Virus record (IMG/VR): IMGVR_UViG_3300032219_000873
Source: an uncultured virus (IMG/VR IMGVR_UViG_3300032219_000873)
Lineage: Duplodnaviria > Heunggongvirae > Uroviricota > Caudoviricetes
DNA length: 20,000 nucleotides
Reading direction: 5' to 3' (one strand)
The notes under the pieces were generated by a model. The model was given only the letters and a program-made list of their open reading frames with translations, was not told where the DNA came from and did not search any database. A program made the translations under genes and the position numbers. Positions 16,024 to 20,000 of the stretch are shown in pieces; the first letter of the stretch is position 1, and each line of letters begins with the position of its first letter.

Positions 16024-16317
16024 TTGACTGACATCGAAACAATTCCTTTAGCCGAAGAACCATTCCTAAGGGTATCTGCAGGCTCTAATCCACAATCCGT
16101 AGCATCCGCTATTGCCCACGCAGTTTACGACAACAGGATTGTCAAGCTACGTGCCGTAGGTGCTGGTGCAGTGAACCAAGCTGTAAAAGCCATTGCAATT
16201 GCTCGTGGGTATGCCGCTCCTCGTGGCCTAGACCTGACCTGCAAGCCAGGATTTACTACAATTACATCTCACGATGGCGAGATTAGCGCAATCATTTTTA
16301 CCATTACAGCGAGCTAA
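16024..16317 (+). CDS. spoVS: SpoVS-family protein (Alba-like nucleic-acid-binding fold)
   Basis: LRVSAGSNPQSVASAIA...LRAVGAGAVNQAVKAIAIARGYAAPRGLDLTCKPGF closely follows the SpoVS consensus as I recall it (LKVS..S.P.SVAGA...AIGAGA.NQAVKA.AIARG...P.G.DL...P.F). TTG start. Confidence 0.9.
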   Translation: MTDIETIPLAEEPFLRVSAGSNPQSVASAIAHAVYDNRIVKLRAVGAGAVNQAVKAIAIARGYAAPRGLDLTCKPGFTTITSHDGEISAIIFTITAS

Positions 16318-16360
16318 ATTCGCCGTATTCTGGTATTACAAATTATTTTAAGGAGTCTTT

Positions 16361-16816
16361 ATGGCTAAGTGGACCGACCGAGGATACGCAATGCGTCGCC
16401 GTGAGGGTGCTCCATCCAACCACCTAGAGTCGGCAGGTACGACAAAGGGAAGAGACCACGATACCGCTGAGGAGCAGTACGATATGGCAAAAGGCCAGAA
16501 CAGCCCAAGAATCGCCCTAGGTGAGGGTGCAATCGACACTCCTCACGAGGTGATGTCCCCAGAGCAGAACGCCCCTCTAAAGGGCACTCTAGTTTCCAAG
16601 AAGAACGTACAGGCAGGTGACCCTACCGCAGGTGGTCAGGCTTACCGCACCAACGTTTCTCAGGAGACTCTAGGCGCTTCTTACCGCGTCTCGGTTCCTT
16701 ACACCCCGACTGTTGACCCAGTAGCAGGCCCAACCATGGCTAGCGCTCGTGTCATCCCATCAGTACAGGGCCGTCAGAACCCTGACTTCCGAGGCGCAGT
16801 AAGCGACCAGTACTAG
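16361..16816 (+). CDS. Hypothetical, likely disordered protein
   Basis: 151 aa with TAAGGAG RBS. First gene after an AT-rich intergenic gap. Confidence 0.75.
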   Translation: MAKWTDRGYAMRRREGAPSNHLESAGTTKGRDHDTAEEQYDMAKGQNSPRIALGEGAIDTPHEVMSPEQNAPLKGTLVSKKNVQAGDPTAGGQAYRTNVSQETLGASYRVSVPYTPTVDPVAGPTMASARVIPSVQGRQNPDFRGAVSDQY

Positions 16817-16824
16817 GAGTCGCC

Positions 16825-17091
16825 ATGAATGGGCACTCAGCCTTTTCACTAGCTCAGCGCTATGGAGTTTCTTCACAGCCTGACTTCTCCGCCATTGACG
16901 GAATGCAGCAGCACGCTGGTCCTTACAGTGGCGGCGCTGGCTTACAGAGTGGTAACCGTAGTTCTACGTCATTTGTGTTTGAATCCAAAGCACTTTCCCC
17001 AGATAAGCCACTAGCGCTCAGTTCTGACACAGGCACAAGCCTTCTTGGAGCTCGCTCTTCGATGGGCCGTATGCCTGGCATGGAGGTCTAA
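16825..17091 (+). CDS. Hypothetical Ser/Gly-rich protein
   Basis: 88 aa with AGGAG RBS. TAATG coupling to the next gene. Confidence 0.7.
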   Translation: MNGHSAFSLAQRYGVSSQPDFSAIDGMQQHAGPYSGGAGLQSGNRSSTSFVFESKALSPDKPLALSSDTGTSLLGARSSMGRMPGMEV

Positions 17092-17618
17092 TGCCTGGAG
17101 AATACAACTCTTTTGCCCCTAACCAAAACTGGCAATCCCTTGGCGCTGGTGGTCTAAATGGCTATAACAACCAAAGTGGATACGGTGGCGGTATTGCACG
17201 CTCAGACCTTGATGCTATCCGTATCGGAACAGGTAGGGTACCGTCAGCCGAATATCCAGATGGGTATTTGGGCACTATCCGCTCGCGTCGTGATGACCGC
17301 CTGTTGGATAGCATCAAGTCAAGAGTCGGACAGAAGGCTTACCAGCGTGGTGTCCACAAGGGTGAGCGCATCGAAGCGTCTTCATACTTCTGGTCCCCAG
17401 AATTTAATGACCAGATGGGCCTAAAGCGTCAGATGAGAGCTGTATACGATGATAAAGCAGGTGTATACCGTGCTCTACGTCAGTCCCCACAATGGCAGCT
17501 AACCCCAGCTCCCCACCTTGTCAATGATGGTAAGTCCAACATGAGGTCTGACTCACCAGGAACTATCAACGTCCGCAGAGCAGACCAGCTGTCTTATTTA
17601 AAGCCTGTTTGGAGGTAG
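17091..17618 (+). CDS. Hypothetical phage protein (Gly/Asn-rich N-terminus, Arg-rich core)
   Basis: 175 aa with GGAGG RBS. Core segment PSAEYPDGYLGTIRSRRDDRLLD...YQRGVHKGERI. Confidence 0.8.
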   Translation: MPGEYNSFAPNQNWQSLGAGGLNGYNNQSGYGGGIARSDLDAIRIGTGRVPSAEYPDGYLGTIRSRRDDRLLDSIKSRVGQKAYQRGVHKGERIEASSYFWSPEFNDQMGLKRQMRAVYDDKAGVYRALRQSPQWQLTPAPHLVNDGKSNMRSDSPGTINVRRADQLSYLKPVWR

Positions 17619-17619
17619 T

Positions 17620-17982
17620 ATGCCACAGAATGTTGATGGCGTATACGACTACACGAAGCCTTGGCGTACAGGTGAGCCTAGTGATGTAGTACAGCCACGA
17701 TGGACTTACGACGGACCTTGGGCTAGCAACGAGTCCAGGCTAACTCAGCAGGCACTAATGGTCGCCACTATGCCTGGAAAAGTATTACAGGAAAAGGTGC
17801 GCCCACCGCTTCCTCAAATTCGTTTGTTCCCTGGAAGATTCGGGTTTGGAGAGCGCACGCAGCCCACAATTGACGATGTGGTAAGCGTTGACAGAGTGTA
17901 CACTGAACCAAGAGTTTCTTGGTATTCAGGAGGAGTCGGCGGCTACTCAGGGGCTTCACGCAATAGTTTGCAGGATATCTAA
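17620..17982 (+). CDS. Hypothetical protein
   Basis: 120 aa with GGAGGT RBS, tightly packed after the previous gene. Confidence 0.75.
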   Translation: MPQNVDGVYDYTKPWRTGEPSDVVQPRWTYDGPWASNESRLTQQALMVATMPGKVLQEKVRPPLPQIRLFPGRFGFGERTQPTIDDVVSVDRVYTEPRVSWYSGGVGGYSGASRNSLQDI

Positions 17983-17991
17983 GGATAAATA

Positions 17992-19314
17992 ATGGCTAGA
18001 AGTCTAGGTGAAATGAACGCTGGTGCCAATGGTGCCACGAACGTAACAGGTTACGAGGGCATTATTAAAGCCCCAGCCGAAGGAAAAGCCTCAAGAAGGG
18101 CCTCTCAGGAAGAGATTCTTCAAAGGTTTGTTGATGAGGCTCCTGCATCTGCAGCCCCAACAGTTACTCCAAAAGCTCCAAAGGCCCCAAAGCGTGAGAC
18201 TGTTTTTCCAACTGGTGCCCGTGGCGCTGCTGAAGGGCCTCGTCCTTCATCGCAGCAAGTAGGTATGCAACTAGAAGGCCACATTACAAAGTATCAAACC
18301 CTTTTAAACAATGCTGCCTCAGTAAAGACCCTGTCTGATGACCACCGAGCAGCTATTGACACTGCCCGATTCCACCTAAGCAACGCACTGGTTTCTCACA
18401 AGAATGCGATTGCAGCTGCCAAGGTTGGACGTGAAGACGAGCCAAACCCATATAAGTGGAGCAACACTCTAGACCGTAACGCTGTACATGGCCACCTACA
18501 GGACGCCGCTCAGCACCTTGCCTCCGCACACGAAGCCATCGTTGGCTCAGGTGTTCACGAAGAACTTGCTAAGCACCACCTAAATGGTGAAGTTCCAAGT
18601 GATTCTGCTATTGCTGACTTAGCAAGCAGGGCTTATCAGCTACCTCGCACTGGTGCGCAGGGTATTGCAGGCGGTAAGAAGGCATTTAAGTCTGTTGCAT
18701 TTGGGCGTACTAACCTCCCAGGTTCTGCGATTGATGACGAGTTGATTTCACGTGCTCGTGAAGTTGGTGGCAGGAAGAACGTTGCTGTTCAGAAGCTTGA
18801 AGCAGGGCAGGGAACTCTACGCGACCCTAACCGTAGAAAAGCCCGTAATGCCGCAATTGAGCAGATTAATAAAGTTATTGTACCAAAGGGCGCAGCTGCT
18901 ATTGATAAGTTGCCAACTGGTGTAGGCGGTCAAATCTCAGGCATTGATAAAGATGCCCCAGTCAACCCTAAGCGTAGAGGTCGTGGTACCAGAATTGACA
19001 CCCGTTTCTCATCTGACGCAAACAAGGTTGGCCGTACTCCAAGTTTTGGTGAAGGACGTAAGTCGGGCACTATTACGGGAGAGATTTCAGGCCCAACCAA
19101 GCGCTCTGAAGGCACTGGTGGTTCAGGAGTAGACAACGCTGGACCAAGTTTACGTAGTTTGCCTGTTACAGAGGGTAAGCCTCGTGCAGCAGACGTTCCG
19201 TCGGGTAAGCCTGGTCGTGGAGCATTTGCAAAGCGCACAGACGCAGCTGCAAAGCGTGCCCTTATTTCTTCTCGTAAGATTTCTTCTCGTAAGAACGCAA
19301 AGGACAAGAAGTAA
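17992..19314 (+). CDS. Hypothetical basic low-complexity protein with a central His-rich helical region
   Basis: 440 aa with TAAGGA RBS. Ala/Pro/Lys/Arg/Gly-rich flanks and a very basic C-terminus. Confidence 0.8.
   Translation: MARSLGEMNAGANGATNVTGYEGIIKAPAEGKASRRASQEEILQRFVDEAPASAAPTVTPKAPKAPKRETVFPTGARGAAEGPRPSSQQVGMQLEGHITKYQTLLNNAASVKTLSDDHRAAIDTARFHLSNALVSHKNAIAAAKVGREDEPNPYKWSNTLDRNAVHGHLQDAAQHLASAHEAIVGSGVHEELAKHHLNGEVPSDSAIADLASRAYQLPRTGAQGIAGGKKAFKSVAFGRTNLPGSAIDDELISRAREVGGRKNVAVQKLEAGQGTLRDPNRRKARNAAIEQINKVIVPKGAAAIDKLPTGVGGQISGIDKDAPVNPKRRGRGTRIDTRFSSDANKVGRTPSFGEGRKSGTITGEISGPTKRSEGTGGSGVDNAGPSLRSLPVTEGKPRAADVPSGKPGRGAFAKRTDAAAKRALISSRKISSRKNAKDKK
19264..19293 (+). repeat. Perfect 15-bp tandem duplication (ISSRK x2)
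   Basis: ATTTCTTCTCGTAAG at 19264-19278 and 19279-19293. Confidence 0.9.
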
Positions 19315-19799
19315 TGGCAGACCGCAAGCGCAAAGTAGAACAGGCTATTGCAGAGTCTGTTGAGATGTCCGCAGCCCCAGCTCCTAAGGCTAATGCCCCA
19401 AAGCCACTTACTCCAGCTCAAAAGCTAAAGTCATTTACTCTTAATGCTCGTGAGAAAGCTGAAGCTGCTGCTCCTGAACACCCTCGTGCTGTAAAAGGAC
19501 GTGGAGTTAGACAGGCTGAGCTAAACACTGCCGTAGAAAACGCTCGTCAGGTTAGAACTCGTGCAGACATTGCAGGTAGAACAACTACTAGAGGTAATGT
19601 ACTAACTCCTGCAAAGATTGTTGGTCACACCAACAAGACTCGTCAGGGAGAAAAAAGGGTAGCAGCTAAGCCTGCCGCTCCTGACTTAGTCGTAGATTCC
19701 TCGCAGATTGCACCAGCCGCTACTAAGAAGCCAAAGCCAAGTCGCCCACGTCGTCTAAAGAAGACCATGTCCTCTCAGATGAGGCTAAAGGGAGAGTAA
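19314..19799 (+). CDS. Hypothetical Lys/Ala/Pro/Arg-rich basic protein
   Basis: 161 aa, TAATG coupling. Histone-H1-tail-like composition. Confidence 0.75.
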   Translation: MADRKRKVEQAIAESVEMSAAPAPKANAPKPLTPAQKLKSFTLNAREKAEAAAPEHPRAVKGRGVRQAELNTAVENARQVRTRADIAGRTTTRGNVLTPAKIVGHTNKTRQGEKRVAAKPAAPDLVVDSSQIAPAATKKPKPSRPRRLKKTMSSQMRLKGE

Positions 19800-20000
19800 A
19801 TGGCGTATTCAATGTTCGGCACTGGTAAGAGCGCAGCAAAAGCTAAGCCACGTCCAGAGCCAAAACCAAAGCCTGTATCTAAAGCAGAGCAGAAACTAAG
19901 CACCACGTTGCGCCCTGCTGCTCCTGAACAAGTTTCTGCAATGAACCGTGTTAAAAGGTTGACTACCAAGTCTGATGAGTGGAGCCCACACGACACTCAG
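19800..20000 (+). CDS. Hypothetical basic protein, 3'-truncated by the window
   Basis: ATG at 19800 after GGAG, directly following the previous stop. Open to the window end: MAYSMFGTGKSAAKAKPRPEPKPKPVSKAEQKLSTTLRPAAPEQVSAMNRVKRLTTKSDEWSPHDTQ. Confidence 0.7.
   Translation, partial: MAYSMFGTGKSAAKAKPRPEPKPKPVSKAEQKLSTTLRPAAPEQVSAMNRVKRLTTKSDEWSPHDTQ

Noticed and set aside
535..19996. Minus-strand ORFs (e.g. 870-1253, 7199-7609, 15105-15443, 18930-19421) and alternative-frame plus ORFs (5794-6048, 7112-7336, 7482-7667, 7930-8118, 17158-17424, 18944-19132)
   Set aside because: They overlap well-supported, coupled plus-strand genes and show no recognisable motifs. Treated as shadow ORFs.
1..20000. 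Stop-codon reassignment
   Set aside because: TAA, TAG and TGA all end genes at sensible junctions, and conserved enzymes are full length in the standard code.

Overview
A gene-dense, all-plus-strand segment of a tailed dsDNA bacteriophage genome. GC is roughly 45-50% by eye. WhiB and NrdH point to an actinobacterial host, plausibly a low-GC freshwater lineage (inference). Bases 1-16.3 kb form a replication/recombination module: HTH replication initiator with an internal iteron-like origin, DnaC-like loader, SWIM protein, DnaB helicase, DnaG-type primase, SNF2-like helicase, MerR-like HTH protein, probable SSB, family A DNA polymerase (Leu762 type), RecA, Hjc-like and RuvC-like resolvases, WhiB, Cas4-like nuclease, NrdH and a clear SpoVS homologue. 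From 16.36 kb to the end is a run of unrecognisable low-complexity proteins, the last three strongly basic and probably disordered (possibly late or virion-internal). Non-gene signals: palindromic iterons plus an AT-rich tract and hairpins inside the initiator gene; a perfect 15-bp hairpin with an anti-Shine-Dalgarno-like loop just upstream of polA; a probable ATT start codon; and no GATC or CCGG found by manual scan of the 20 kb. All product calls come from motif recognition, not database searches.
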